DNA of 64,000 bases from Camelus ferus (GCF_009834535.1 NC_045698.1:7876001-7940000), one strand, 5' to 3'; positions 1 to 14,627 are shown, counted from the first letter of the stretch. A program made the numbers and translations. The notes: generated by a model not told the origin, from the letters alone.

Positions 1-823
1 TCTCAAACCTCAAGCATTGATATGATATGAATGAGAAATGGCAAGCAGAGGTCCAAACTCCCTCTCAATATTTCCCCCACATGCCTGCATTCTTCTAAGA
101 GGTTGCACTCTCTTATGCGATAAGGGATATTAGTTTATGTAACTCTTAGTGATCAAACTCAAGACTTCTTTGCTATCATGAATCCCTTTCCATCCAGAAA
201 CATGGCTATGGAAATTTTCGATGAGAACCAATCAGGAACAGTGTGTGTTTATAAAGATCCCCCACTCCCCCCAGAAAAAGACCTTCCTAATCGCCTTTCC
301 AGTCATACATTTGCTTTACTTTAGCATTTTTCCCAAAAGAACTAATAATACTGTTCTTCTGTGTAAACCCGTGATTATAAAATGCAGGAGGTTCTTTTCC
401 TTTGGGGACAGGACCGGCTACAGCATTACAGGATTCACATGGGTTTTCATACGAGATGTTCGGGTATTAGCTCACTTAGCTGTCAATGACAGTGCTTTGA
501 AAAGCCTCAGCATGTCCCAGGGTCCCCTAGAAATGAAGCAGCTCAGTTACACAAACAGCATGGAAAACCTATCACGGCATCTTCAATGACTATACGTACA
601 TCTATTCTCATGTGATTCGTAGTGATCTTTGAGGACCCCTGAGCCCTTAGCTAGAATTTTTAAAAGAAATGCATTTCTAAGTGCAACAGTTCACTATAAC
701 TGGTCTTTCTCTAGCATCCTCAGCAACTGTATTAGAATTGTACTTCTCAAAATTGGACTTCTCTTATTTTCTAAGGACGTTCTCATAATTCCATATTTCT
801 TTTTTATTGTAACAAACTAGTCA

Positions 824-1072
<249 letters not shown>

Positions 1073-4000
1073 TCAAAGACGAAAACAAAAGCAGGGTGTC
1101 GTAACATTTGGCGAATGTCTACCGCAGGTAGGGTACTGCCTCAGCAGTCCAGGGACCACCGAAAATGGGAGAGCCATCCCTGCCCACCAGGAGCTTATGA
1201 TGGAGGGTGGAGAGGGTTGGGGCATGTACATAAGTGAGTGTAACTGGCAGTAGAATGGAGAACGATTCTAGCACACTGCTATAGGAAGGAAGAAGGACTG
1301 ATTAATTCTGATTAGCTGAAGATCAAGGCAGCGTATTTTACAGTTAAATACATTCTATAGGCAGAGCATAGTAGTTACGGTAGTAACTATCATGATCAAA
1401 TAGTAATGATCAAATGCCTTCACTTCTCATGCGTAAGTGTGAACTGTGATAAATTCCTGTATCACTTGTAAAGTACGTGTTTTGCCATTGCATCTATGGA
1501 CATCAAACAAATGACTGAATGGACAAAAAAGAGAAAATTGTTATGGTTTATTACATACATTGACATGAGCCATAGGCAAATTTTGATCCTACAGAAATTC
1601 TGATGTTTGGTTTGAATTGAATCTAATGAATAATAGGAGACTATGTAACTAAAAATTAATTACACACACATTTTAAATTATGGCTTCTATTCACAAAGGC
1701 ATATCAGTAGACCTTTAAAAATGATAGTTATAAAGATCACATAGCAATTTGGAAAAATATTTAAGATGAAAGTTAAATAAACAAAGCAAGATGCAAAGGA
1801 GTCTGGGGTTTGTGTTTTATACCAAGTAAAATGCACCATAAAAAAAGTCATAATAGTAAAAATTTATTAATAAAATTGTTTATGGCTTTTACTTTTTCTA
1901 AATTTCTTATTTTTTGTTCTATTATTCTTATAATTTAAAGAATATTGAAAGTTTCAATAATGATCCTGATCTTTGATCACACACAGCCTTTTTCTTTCAT
2001 TAAAAATAAAGGCAATGAGTATACTGAGGGTAGAAGTAAAGTAATATGTTTAGAAAAAATATTCCCATATTCATTTTTGACAAAAATCATAGTAAAACAA
2101 AAAAATTACTTTATAATATTAGGATGGGGACATTAAGTTATTTAACTGCTTATTTTTATCTATTAATGATTATGTAAAGTACTGTCTAAATGTCATATAT
2201 ACTAAGCTTTCTCACAGATACTTTACATGCATATATGTACATGTGTGTATGTATATATGTCTGTATACATATGAAAACAAAATTATATTTCAGAATCTGT
2301 GTAAGTTTCTTAGTTCTGAAAATTTACCTGGAAGAAAATATAGGCTTATGTCGTATCCTTGTAACAAAAATAAAAGTGTTGATAGAAAATAATGTAAAGT
2401 TATTTAATGGTCACAAGTAATTTCAAGAATTTTGTCATTTATTTTCCAAGAGAAAAATTTTAAAAATCTCATGTCTTCTTTCTCTCAATTAGAACACAGC
2501 TTAGCTCAAGTCGAGGCTGAAGCTCAGGGATGGATGACATCCCATGGATGGGTGATGCACGTCCCACAAAAGGTCATTTTCAATGAGAGTGTCACTCAAT
2601 CTTAACTTTATAACAAGGACACTCAGTGTAGGAATCTTCCTGTTCTTTCAACCGAAGCTACTTCTAAACTGTTCAAAGATGACTTTGCACCTGTGCGTGG
2701 CCTATCAATGAAACCAGTACATCTCTTAAAAAAAAAAAAAAAAAAAAACCCCGACGGTTTAAAGTGAACCAGACCCGTCACGTTGCTCCTGGTTCGTTAT
2801 TTGAGACTGGCTCACTGCACTGGATAGAAAAACAGCACCAGGAAAAGAGAACAGTCATTTCGTGGGTTTGTTGACTTTGATGCTGAAGCAGGAGTAATAC
2901 TGGTTACTCAGAGGAAACTAGCTTGGGGTACAGACTCTATCTGCTAGTGCAAAGGGAAGTGAAAAGTTACTTCTTTTTTCCAATTTTTTATTTTGTCAAC
3001 TCCTTAAAATTTTTAAGCTATCATTTTCATATAAAGATTAGAACTTAACATGGATGAAATTCCCCTCTCGTGTAAGAGCCCACACAGCAGTTGGAGGTAC
3101 AGCGTAGTAGTAGTGGCGTGCCCATTACATGTGACAGACAAACTACAAAAAGAGCAAAAAGAAAAAAAGCTATATTATCATCTGCTGGGTTTCATCTTGT
3201 TCTTTTTTTCCTTAACCTCTGCGCAGTAAAGCAAGATAAATGGCTAAAGCAGTAGACAATTTTCTTCAGTTTGACATGTGATCTACATAGCTCTTAAATA
3301 TCTTTTATTACAATCATTTCTTAGTGGCTACAGAGAGAATCTGAAGGAAATAAAAGGAAAACTGGTGTGACTATGGATGATCTTTGATGACAACAAGAGA
3401 AGAAGTTCAAAGGGGATTCTCTGCTATTTCAGAACGTTGATGGCGCCCTGACACGTCAATCCAGAAGAAAAAGAACTGTTTCAAAGCCAGTCACTGTCTT
3501 CGCTTTTATCCGAGTACTTTATTCAAACTTCTATTAATAGGGAAAGAAGCAGCAACTATCCATTAAAAAATAGATTTTTATCACCTATGAAAGACCAGAA
3601 ATCTTCTTTAAGAGTTGTGCCAACACACTTGATGTCACGTTGCCCAATGAATCAAGGTCAATAGGAATAAAGGGCAAAGGTGACACCAGGATCAGACTGA
3701 CATCATGAAACAGTTCTGCACGTGCAACTTTTGCTGCTAACCTCCTTCTAGAGTGAGGATCCACGAGAACTCATGAGATATGCAACTCTTTTACCAAATG
3801 GAAATACATCATTTATACGTTTAAATATAAGATTCATTTATCCTAAAATTTCTTCAAAACTGGCACGTGGATTGAAGGGAAGCGACAGCTAAATCTTTAA
3901 CACAGTCACAACACTGATCACCCAACTATTTGGTCCTAAGAACACAGAACTAAATTTATAAATAAGCTTTATGCAAACTGTGCTTGTTCTGAATAAATCT

Positions 4001-4682
4001 TGAGGGCATATTACTAAAAATTCTCTAAGAACTTGAAATATGAAAATAACATGTAAAGAAATAATATCTAAGTGTTATGTCTGGAGAGAGAATTGTCTAT
4101 GTAGTAAAGACAAGGTATAACCCTGGAGACAAAGTATTTTCAGGAAACCAACAGGGGCAACACTAGCAGAGTATTTTTTGGTTATAGTGTCTGCATTATT
4201 GCCAAGTTGTGATATACAGACACACAAAAATCAGGCAGAAAAAGGAAAGCAAAAGAAAAAGGAGAAAGGCATTTGTGGTTTAAAAAAGTTTTATTCCAGC
4301 TTGGGGGAAATTTTTGTGAAAATATCCCTTTCTCCTCACGGTTTTACTCCTCATGCTTGAGAGTTAAATACATGTTCCTTAATTTTGTGCATATTTTAAT
4401 TTTTGTCTGTTAAATTTTAACAAATAAAACTTGCAAAAGTTCCAGCAGCTCTTGATACTTAATATTATTAGTTAAATGTTCAAATTATACTTTGTGCCAG
4501 TCATTCATGGCTTTAAACAGGAGAAAAACAGCTGGTGATTTATTTCTAGCATTAAAACTCCTCTTACTCATTGTCGTATTTATAGGAATTTAGAATTTAC
4601 ACATATATTTAGAGTTCATGAGATTAAGGATTGAGTGGGTTACACCAGAGGTTTTTTTAGATTTTTTTTTTATTGAATAAAT

Positions 4683-5036
4683 AATTTGGATTGAATGTTT
4701 GTGCCTGCCCTGTGAGAGCTTAACCCCTACTGTGATGGTATTCAAAGGTGAAGCCTTTGGGAGGGAACTGGTTTTAGATGAGGTCATGAGGGTGGAGCCC
4801 TTTTGATGGGATTAGTGCCCTTATAAAGGGATGAAGGGACCAGAGCTTTCTCTTTTTGCCACGTAGAGACACAGCAAAAAGATGGCCATCTGGAAATCAG
4901 AAAAGAGGCTCTGAAGGGACACCAAATCTGCTGGTCCCTTGGACTTCCAGCCTCCAGAATTGTGAGAAATAAACATCTGTTGCATAAGCACCTGGTCTCG
5001 GGCATTTTGTTTTAGCAGCCCGAGCTGAGCAAGGCG
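4683..5036 (+). mobile_element. ERVL-MaLR solo LTR, MLT1A-like
   Basis: Typical blocks: tgaatgtttgtg, gaggtcatgagggtggagccc...gggattagtgcccttataa, ggacttccagcctccagaattgtgagaaataaa. Ends approximate. Confidence 0.8.
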
Positions 5037-6782
5037 GTAATCACAGTGAACGCTAAGCACATCCGGGGTTAGGAAGACCCTCTGGCTGCGCCATGGCTTT
5101 CCTGCTACGGCACTCTCCTGAGGACAGGCTGGCGGAGTGTCTGCGGCGCAGTTACGTAGCAGTAGACTGATTTGTCATCCCGAGCAGTGACACACTCAAC
5201 AACACGTTACCAGCACTTTTCCTTACTGGCTTCAAATGCATGACTGTGCGACTCATATCAATAAATCAAATTAGGGAACCGTTTGTATCATTTACTTCCT
5301 AAAATTGTTAGAATTGAAAGTTTGCATTCTCTCTCTGAGAAGGTAACACTCAAGTCTTTTTATAAAGGAAGAGAGTAACGTGCTCCCGTGTTGGAAGCCA
5401 AGGGGATGCTGAAATTTGGAGGCGATGCTGTTTGATGTGGTCATGGTCAGGGAAGGACACACACAGGCCATGCTAAGAAATGTCTGCTTAGGAAGGAAAT
5501 CGCATGGCCGTGGGAATGGACTCAATGTACGGGTTTTTAAAAAAAGCAAAAAAAAAAAAAAAAAAAGCCTTTCTTTAGACTTGCTTTTAGTACTTTTGCT
5601 TCTCCTTATGGCTTGAATTCTATTTAAAAGATGCCTATCTTGGTTTGAGAATGGAATAGTAGAAGCCACTTGTTCCTTAGACAAGAAGAGTGTGACTTCG
5701 GGATCAAAATCAGAAAGATCAAAAACCAGAGAGTAAAGATGTTCGGACACTTGACAAAGAGACCGTGTACACGTGAGGGTCTTCGAGGGCGGCAGCTCCC
5801 AAAACGACTCCAATTACTACATCCTTAAAGCCCCTCCTGAACAAGGAGAGTTAAGGGGGGAATGTCAGTCCCTCCCTCTGATGGAGCTTACAACTGCCCC
5901 AGTCTCTGTTTCCAAGGCACTGGGCTGGGTACCATGGAGATGCTAACAAGACGTTCTCACCTACGCGGAAGAAGGATTTACACTTCCGGAGGCGTGCTAA
6001 AATACCCAGCTCCGTCTCACACGTGTCACACCCGTTCCAGTCTCCATACAGAAAAGAGCTTTCACTGCTGCATCTTTGCAACACAAACAGAAGAGGCCTC
6101 TTCACCAGCGCCATGCATCTCTACCACCCAGATTTCTCTACCGATGAGAGAGCAGGAGCGTCATGACGTGAGTGCAGGCCAACTTTGCCTTTTAAGGGAT
6201 TTCAGTGAAATCGACAACAGGCCAGAGACATTGCAAGAGGAAGGGAGTGGATCTGCAGCGACAGGGAAACGTTCCGATTTTCGCATCCCACCCTTGCCTC
6301 CCAACTGAAGCTGCGCATCACAAAACGCAAGAAGAGAAGACAGCCCTGAAGGGGCGAACAGGAGTCGGTCCTTCCTGCAGGGCTGGGCTTAACTCGGCCG
6401 CAGTGGGCACTAAGTACTTTAAAAAGCAACAACCTAAACACAGTCCATCCACCGTCGGCCACTTTTGCGTGACTTAGTTTGAACAGCAGTTACGAACTGA
6501 TTTTCCCCTTTCAGTGTTTCATTATCACTTCCAGCTAACTGGGGGAGGAGGCGGAGAGGAGGGGAGGCGAGGCAGGAAACAGAAATAATGGCTATTAAAA
6601 AAAAAAAAACAAGCAACTGTAAAAAGATGAAAGAGAAATTATTTTTGTGTTGATTCTTGGGAATTTTGAAGAAAAGGGTAGCTTGGGTGTCTAAATTCCC
6701 CAGGGAGCTGTTCAGAAGACTGACTACAGGGTGGCTGAGCCCACGGGGAGAGCAGGCAGAGGTGACGGACAATGAGCTGCAT

Positions 6783-6798
6783 TCACGTGACTCACGTC
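6783..6798. promoter_or_regulatory. Overlapping TCACGTGA (E-box/CLEAR) and TGACTCA (AP-1) motifs in a candidate intronic enhancer
   Basis: Sequence TCACGTGACTCACGTC in DNA where I recognise no repeat. Confidence 0.35.
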
Positions 6799-7319
6799 TC
6801 CAGGCTCTCCTTGTAGAAGACACGGGGAATTCTGCACTTGCGAGATTAGAAAGCTGTATTAAAGGAGAAGCTGGCTGTGGTGTTTTCTGAACAAGGCATC
6901 AGGACAAAAGCGATTCAGGGGTAGCCTTGCAGACTCACCCCTTGGCTGCGCGGGCACGTGTCCCTCAGGAGGAGGCCAGAGGGAGGCTGGGGACGTTGCC
7001 CGCTCCAGAGACTGGCACAAGGAGGCTGCTGTGCGGTGCCCCTCCGAGCAGTGCTCCCGGGGCTGGTCCACATCACCGGGCTCGCCTGCTCCTTCCCCAA
7101 GTCATCCTGATGGAACCAACCTGAAAGCCTCTAACGCTCATGTAGGATCCTTTCTGCTCCTAACTTCTCATCTACGTCTGGGGAAACCTAGGTTTTGACC
7201 TGCCCTGTTACCTGCCTTTTAAAGGGGCTCTGTCCCTGACTCGCCAGCCTCCTTCAGGTAGTCCTATAGTATAGCTCGTTTATATCTTTGGTGATATATC
7301 CCTCAACGGCAGTCTAATA

Positions 7320-7542
7320 CAGTGGTTTTCAACTGGGGCGATTTTAACCCCCAAGGGGACAACTGGCAATGTCTGGACACACTTTTGGTTGTCACAACCA
7401 GGGGAGGGGGGTGCCACTGATTGGCGTCTACTGGGTAGAGGCCAGGGATGGTGATAAACATCCCACAGTGCACAGGACAGCCCCCCACAACAGGAAGTTA
7501 TCCAGCTCAAAATGTCAACAGCGCCAAGGTCGAGAAATCCTG
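7320..7542 (+). mobile_element. MER20 hAT-Charlie MITE, near full length
   Basis: Starts cagtggttttcaactgggg, ends aaggtcgagaaatcctg; degenerate 8-bp TSD gtctaata/gtctagtc. Confidence 0.88.
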
Positions 7543-8194
7543 GTCTAGTCTTGTAAGACACAGTGTATCACTGACAGGTGGCGTGAAGGACTGAATGCTA
7601 AAATGTAAACACCAACTAAATGGGACACCAAAAATAAGAGTTTTGAAGCCTGTAAACTCACTGAACGTAGAAATACAGCATTTCTAGGTGCTGGTATGTG
7701 TTTTAGGTGGGGGGTGGGGAAGAGGCAGAAGATGCTTTTTCACGGGGCGTGGCAAAGGAGAGCCACCGCACAAAAATGTGCAGCTGCGATCTTCGCGGGC
7801 ACGTGCGATCTGCGGCTTTGAGGACGTGAAATATCATGTCTTAAGTCACCAGGTTCCTGGCATATGGTGAGGTGAGATCAGAGCGAGACAATACTGCGCC
7901 TGCCGTGAGGGATGAGCCACAGCTGAAATAAGCAGATGGTTAGAAAGGAGACGGTACTGAGCAGCCAGAGAGAAAGTACGGTTACTAATGAGAAAATGAA
8001 AACTGCCTGGAAGAAGGAAAAACAACCTGTGATATTAGGAGATGAGGATTTAAAAGCAGCAAGAATGTCCCAAAGGGCAGATCCATCAAGTGATAATAAA
8101 CCAAATCAACATGTGCTCTCACTGTCGCCGGCGCCCAGACTGATTAAGACAAATGTTGGCTTCTGTCGCCAAAGCCTTAAAAGCATTCGTTGGT

Positions 8195-8470
8195 CTTGAT
8201 ATTTTACTTTAAAGAATTTATCCTTGGGAAGTGATTAAGGACATAGGCGAGATTTAGCCATACGGATGTTTACTGCGATTTAGTTAAGCTTTGGAAGCAA
8301 CCTAATTTTCTCATAATCGGGGACTGGTTCACACAGCACAGAGGACCCCTAAGATGGAATTCTTGGTGGCCCTTCTGCATCCTGGTGTCAGTGACTATTT
8401 ACTGGGAAGGAAAGTGGTCATGCAGAGCCAAGTGATGCATGGTCTACAGCAGCATGCAGAGTGAGGCCGA
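8195..8470 (+). mobile_element. Old L1 (L1ME-like) fragment
   Basis: aagaatttatcct...ggatgtttactgc...ggaagcaacctaa resembles decayed L1 ORF2 3' sequence. Confidence 0.45.
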
Positions 8471-11400
8471 GGGGTGTCTGCGCCCACACCTGGGCTTCCC
8501 TTCAGTGCTGCACAGTCACCCGGCTGCAGGTCCTCAGGGGCTGCCCAGTCTGCAAAGAATTTGCAAACAGTGAAGTGAATAAAAGTTGGTCTTTTTTTAT
8601 TACTACGGATAGACAGTTCTAAACAATTTCAATGATAAAATATCCCTCCTCACAGGGGTGGAGAGCTCCTACTGCACCCCCTTCGTAAGCCGCTGTACCC
8701 CTTTCCCCTTTGGCGAAGAGAATGCCCAAAGTTCACCGAGGGTCACGGTTGTTCAACAAAGGTACTGCATTTCCCAGTGCCCCATGCGGCTCAGCTGCCA
8801 ACGTGTCCCGTACACACTGGGGGGGTGTGGGCGACAGTGATGGGTGCAGCGTTCAAGGGCGTCCTACAGGAAAGGGGACTCCCCTCCACTCTCTGCTCCA
8901 TTTCTGCTCCTGGGCTGCGGATGTGAAGAGCATTGTCCCTTGAGGAGGACGGCAGCATCTTAAAGATGAGAGCGTGGATCTAAGGATCCTTGGGGGACAC
9001 TTCAGACCAGGGCCGCCAGTGGCCCCGACTTTCAGATTAATGGAAAATACACTTATCTACTCGCTACCAACTTGGCTATTTGATATGGGCCCTAACTCAT
9101 GCTCCAACCCATGCAGTGCAAGTGTATTTTGAAAAGTTAAACAAAGCTCTGCTTGAATACAGAGAAAGGGCGCTGGAAGGATACAGGCCCAGCTGTAAAT
9201 GGTTACACAGTCCGTCTACAGGGAAGGTGGCGGAGGGGAGGGTGTTACTGTCTTCCTGTAGCTTACTGCTATTTCACTCACATTATTTACACGTCACGTG
9301 TGCATGTATATACATGTATATATAAAATATACATTTATATTTATAATTAACATCTCTTTTGTCTCAAATTAGGAGAAACATTTAAAATTTAAGTAAGTTT
9401 AAAATTCAAATCTCCAGCGTACTGATTTAAACTAGCAATCAAATTCATTTTTGTGCTCTGGGATTTTGATTGTTATTTAGTCTCAGAGTCTCACGCCCGT
9501 GCCAACAGCAACCACGTGACACAGTGGGCAACGTATGAGGCTCCTCTGGAGGTGACACCCAATATGAAACCCTGAAAACCCAAGGGAACTTTTGGGGGAT
9601 GGGATTTCATAGCATCTAATCCCATTTCTGTATGTTGCATGCTAACCTCTTCAGAACAAAGCATTTTTCAGTCTGGCGCTATCAAAGCACTGCTTCTCCA
9701 GGGATACTTTGAGATACACACATACACCCTTGTTCACATGAATCGCAAGCTCTCAGATGATTATCGTGATACAGAATGTGCACCAGGTTTGGCGGCGATG
9801 GCAGACTCAGGATGTAATAAAATGCAGCACTGCCGTTGAGAAGCCGGAGAGCAGCTTGAACCATAAATGGGAAGAGAAGGACCATGGAGGATTCTTGGCT
9901 CAGGGTGGCCCTTGGAGGCAAAGCGTCACCAAGAAGAAAATGGCTGAGGCTGGGACCAGTCACAGCTCTGAACACCTACTGGAAACTATCCCCCAGCAAG
10001 AGCTAGAGGCCCCTGTGGACCACAGACGGGCCACCACTCAGCACAGCTGGTGCTGGGCGCTGGGCTAGACATCAAAGACAGAAAGAAGACCCACATAGTC
10101 CTTCTTAGTAAATTCTCTCTCACGGGAGATCAGGTGATGTGGAAAACTCCTGATGTGACAGACACTAGAGGAGAAGTTTAAATAAAATCATGCGGACGTA
10201 GATTAGAGACTGACTAACTTTCTGCTCGGGGGAAATCTCGGAAGGGCAGAGGTGATGTTTTACTTGGCTCTGAAGGGGATTCTCCTAGTAGTGGAAGGAG
10301 AGGAGGAGAAGGCCGGGCGGAGGACCAGCCCGAGGCAAAGTCCGGGGCTGGCCTGCGGGACGCTGGGATGGGCCAGGGAGAGGGCCTGGCGCGTCCACTA
10401 AGACATGTCATCATCATGCAAGAAACAGGGGCCTGAAAGCCCATTACTGTTGCTTTTGTGGATAAAATGTCACGCTGTTTCCCTAAGTGAGACTTCCCAC
10501 TAACCTATGCATTTGACATCAACAATCTAGAAAAGAGTAGTAATACTTGCTCTTAAATTGAGCCCAGCACACGAAACAAAGATTATCAGGAGAGAGAAAG
10601 CCTACCATATAAAAACGCGGATCAGAATCATCTTTGAATTCGGATAGGTTTACGTCCTCCCCCACGTGGATACATGTCCATCCATGCTTGAATGAAAACA
10701 TTCACAGGGGATATTCAAGCAGAAGAGAGATTCTGCGTTCTAGGGGATCCTGCTGGTTTTAGCTCTGTTTTTCTCCGTGGGTTTCTCTGTACACAGTCAG
10801 GTTCCCACCGAGTAGGTACTGAAGGCCCAGGTCTGCTTTGGCCAGCAGCCAGTGGTATCCTGCCACTTCACATCCACGTTTAAGCACCACGGATCCCAGG
10901 ACACCCTTGCAGGAACCGTGGCCGTATCCCAAATTGAAAAACAAACCAGCAAAGATGTGTATTTCTACAGAAGGTGGAAAAGTAAATCAGTCAAATTTAT
11001 CTACTTCTGTTTCCCTGGACCTCGCCCTTCAGATTGCTGCCCCTGCCGTGCTGCGCCAGGCTGCTGGCCCAAAGCCCCGTGGGGGGCGGGATGGGGATGC
11101 AGTGAGGACCTGCTGGGTGAGATGAGCCTCTTGGCAAGACATGCAGACTGTTCTGGGGGAGGTTCTGCTTGAAAGAGCCAGAGAAACCAGTAATTTCTTA
11201 TAATTCAGCAGTAGGCACTGAGCACAAAATCAGCAATTAATGAACCTGCAAAGTCCTTTTAGACCAGAGTATGATGCATAGCAGCGCCCGATCCATCCAC
11301 ACACAGGCGTTTACAGCCTGATGGTTCCAGTACCTTTCAACAGCAATCATTTTGTGAAATAAGAGCACGAATGCAGTATATCTTTGTATCATATATTTTC

Positions 11401-12744
11401 TTGAATTATCCCTATGAAGGATTTAAAAGAAAAAGGTTTTAAGATTTTTATTATAACTAAACCGGACTTGCAGATTGTTACGGTATTTTCCTCAGGCACG
11501 GAATACCAATGCCGAAGGTGGAAGTCAACATAAATTTCTGGATTGCAGCAAGTGCAATCATTAAACCAATTATGATTTTTATGACTTTTGATTCCTGGTA
11601 AAATCTCTGGCTCCTCTGTCCTGGGAAGCATCCATTGAGGATTAGGTAACTTTTCATGTTACATAGCGTCTCATGCCTTTCTCTGAGGCATCTCAAATTT
11701 AAGAGAAGAAAATGTATCCACGTGTCTAAACAAACACTCACTTGATCAGTTAGTAGCTTTTTGAATATTATTTTTTTGAATAAGACTTGAAAAGATTACA
11801 AATGCAATGTGCATTGTAGAAAGTGTGTAAATTGACAAGTACACGAAGAATCAATTACTGTCTTCTGTCTTTGATCATGCCTACGTCTACATACAGACCT
11901 GTTTCTATATTTCTTTCTTCACCACGCTCAGTATCATACACCTTCCCTCATCACCACCCATTCTTTAAAAACCTGACTTTACAAGCAGTAAAGATAAGCA
12001 GGAGATGGATGGTACCTGACCATTTTCATGGCTGTAAACCCAGAACTCCCTCTGTTTGCATCCTCATTAAGCTTGACACTGAATTCCCCGGCACTTCAAA
12101 ATAGTTTTGTACTATGTTAGAGCACAGCTTGAAAACCTTTTTAAAAAACTATCATTTGGCTGAAATAACTTTGAAGCTTCTTTATAAACAACAAAGTTCC
12201 ATTGTATTTTAACTGAGGGTAGTTTCAGCAAACCTTTCTTAAAGAAATTCTTCTTTTTCTCTCATAAAAGAATATTGTAAGAAAAAAATGGGGCAAACAA
12301 ATCACATAAAGTTTCATTGAGGCTTCTGGTGAAAAATCATAAAATTGTATTTATCACTTTACCTTACTCGACTTAGAAAAGAGTTCATTGATGTCATTAA
12401 ATTTGATTTGAAGTACAGCGTTCTACGGTGAGAAATCGCTCACCATGACGTTTCATGGAGGCAGCTAACACCTCGAAAGAAGGGCTATATCATGAATGCT
12501 GTCTTCTGATCTGTGACTTCTCTGAACCCAGTCAAATCCTAATCTCACCTGTCATTTAAAAGATTTCAAGCCAGGGCACACTGCGGCAGAGTTGGAGAAA
12601 GGGTTTGGTGTCTGGGCAGATCTCACAAAATGAGACACCAGTGAGGCACAGGAGCCATTAGAAGGATGTGTTTCAGGATCCAAGCAACGGACTGGAGAGA
12701 AACTCTTGAAATCAGAATGTATTCCATCTAGGTTTCAAGCTGCC

Positions 12745-12846
12745 TTTCTTTTCTTTTCTTTCTCCTTCCTTCTCCCTTCCTTCCTTCCTCCCTCCCTGCC
12801 TCTCTCTTTCTCTCCCCCTCTCCCTCCTCCTCTCTCTCTTTTTTTG
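12745..12846. repeat. CT-rich low-complexity tract
   Basis: (ctttt)n/(cctt)n/(ct)n read directly. Confidence 0.9.
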
Positions 12847-14340
12847 CCAAGGCTAATTTGTATGAATGGAATTTAACGAATCTGCCTTCCGAAGCTGCCT
12901 GGGCCCATCACGGAGGCTCTGAGTCCTCAGGTGGCAGGGGAGACTCGGACGATGATCACTAGGCACCACGTTCCCACCCTCAGGCTCGTCTTCCTTCCCA
13001 CCTCACTGCACTGGCTGGCCTTCCAGGATGAAGCGGTGCAGGGACTGGGCCCCATGGTATAAGCACTGCCAAAGGAGACCATGAGAAGAACCCATGTACT
13101 TCTGTTAGGCATCTTTCATTTGTTTGATACTGAGAATGTTCAGAACCCACAATAGTCTGGCGCCCCTAAGGTCCTGAACTTAGGGTGGGAGCCCTGAGGT
13201 GGTCCAACGCCTGGCACAGAGGAGCTGCTGGCTGACCGAGGCCTTCCCCGGTGGGAGGCTTCTAAGTGGCTGAATTAAGCACCATGGCTCAGTCCTCCTA
13301 AAAGGTTCCTGCGATGCAAGGAGAGACGGAAAACATGGAGCACTGCGCCTTGACCAAGAGACAGAGCAGGGCTGGGGATTCACTTCTCAGAGTGGAAGGT
13401 CACCGTCCAAGAGACACCAAGAAGGTATCTCCTAAATTCTGGGTGTATTTAAGCTGGAACACATGGATCCAGAGGCTGGAGAGAGACCTGGAGCAGCCCT
13501 CAGGGACCACCTACAGCTCAAGAACCGGAACCCACAAATATGCTACCCGTGGTGCGTTTAGGTCAAACGCAGGAATTATACTTAATTATAATGTATAATG
13601 CAGGAATTATACTTAAAGACACATTCCCATAAATCCTTACCCTAAATAAAATAGTTCCTTTAACCCCCTCTCAAAGTAAAGCTATTTCTAAAATAGTTTA
13701 GAAAACAAGTGCTCTGTAACCTAAACAGATTGAATTTTGACTTAAAAACCTGGCAAGACAGAGCGCTGGGAACTCCGTCCCGCTTTCTCAGTCATCCGCT
13801 CCTGACGACAGTCGGGTCTGGGGTCTGTGCGGCCCTCAGCAGTTGGACATAAGACCACAGCGGCCAGAGGAAAGCTGGACATACGGCCACAGTGACCAGG
13901 GCAAGGCTGGCGGGAGAACCACCGCGCCCAGAGGAGATGGGGAGGCCTCAGGAGCGGGGGTTCCTGGCAGCGGCAGGGAGGGCACTTTTTCGCTTTACTC
14001 CCTTACCTGGGGGCCTGATGGGTGAGCGGTTCCGCCTCCCAGAGCCTCCCAGGGAGAGGGGTGGAGGCTGCTCTGATTCTGCCAAGGCTGAGCTGCAGCT
14101 TCGGGGCCTTCACTGCAGGGCCACCTACTTACAGCTGCTCGAGGTAAAGGCCGCTGCATCGTGAACAGGCCTCTCCGGCGGGACAGCTTTCTGAATTCAT
14201 CGAACTGTCCCCCAGAGCCAAGCATCTAATGTCATTATGTTGGAAGGGCTGGGAATTCTCAGACTGCTACCCCCGTTTTCCAACAAGAAGTGCAAGGTCG
14301 CATATCCACAACTTCCAAAACGAGCTATAAAATACGTGTT

Positions 14341-14627
14341 ATTTACAAAACAGAAACGCTCACAGACATGGAAAACAGACGCATGGTTACCGGGGGGAAG
14401 GGGTGGGAAGGGGTAAACTGGGAGTTTGGGATTTGCAGGTACTGACTACTTCATACAAAGCAGATGAACAATCAAGACCCTACTGTGGAGCCCAGGGAAC
14501 TTCACTCAGTATCTTGCAGTAACCTACAGTGACAAGGAATACATGTGCATCCACGTACGGCTGAAACACTACGCTGTACACCAGAAACTGACACAACATT
14601 GTAAACTGACTCGACAGGAAAAAAAAT
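14341..14627 (+). mobile_element. 5'-truncated L1 3' end (cetartiodactyl type) with TSD
   Basis: L1 3'UTR motifs (gggagtttgggatttgcag...acaccagaaactgacacaacattgtaaac), A tail; TSD ATACGTGTT at 14332-14340 and 14628-14636. Confidence 0.88.

Noticed and set aside
5292..5813. 173-aa minus-strand ORF as an extra CTNND2 exon
   Set aside because: It runs through a poly-T tract (FFFFF), has no ARM similarity, and the flanking exons already join without a gap (SQDQ|WDGV).
10880..10900. REST/NRSE silencer (TTAAGCACCACGGATCCCAGG)
   Set aside because: The left half matches, but the key right half-site GGACAG is broken.
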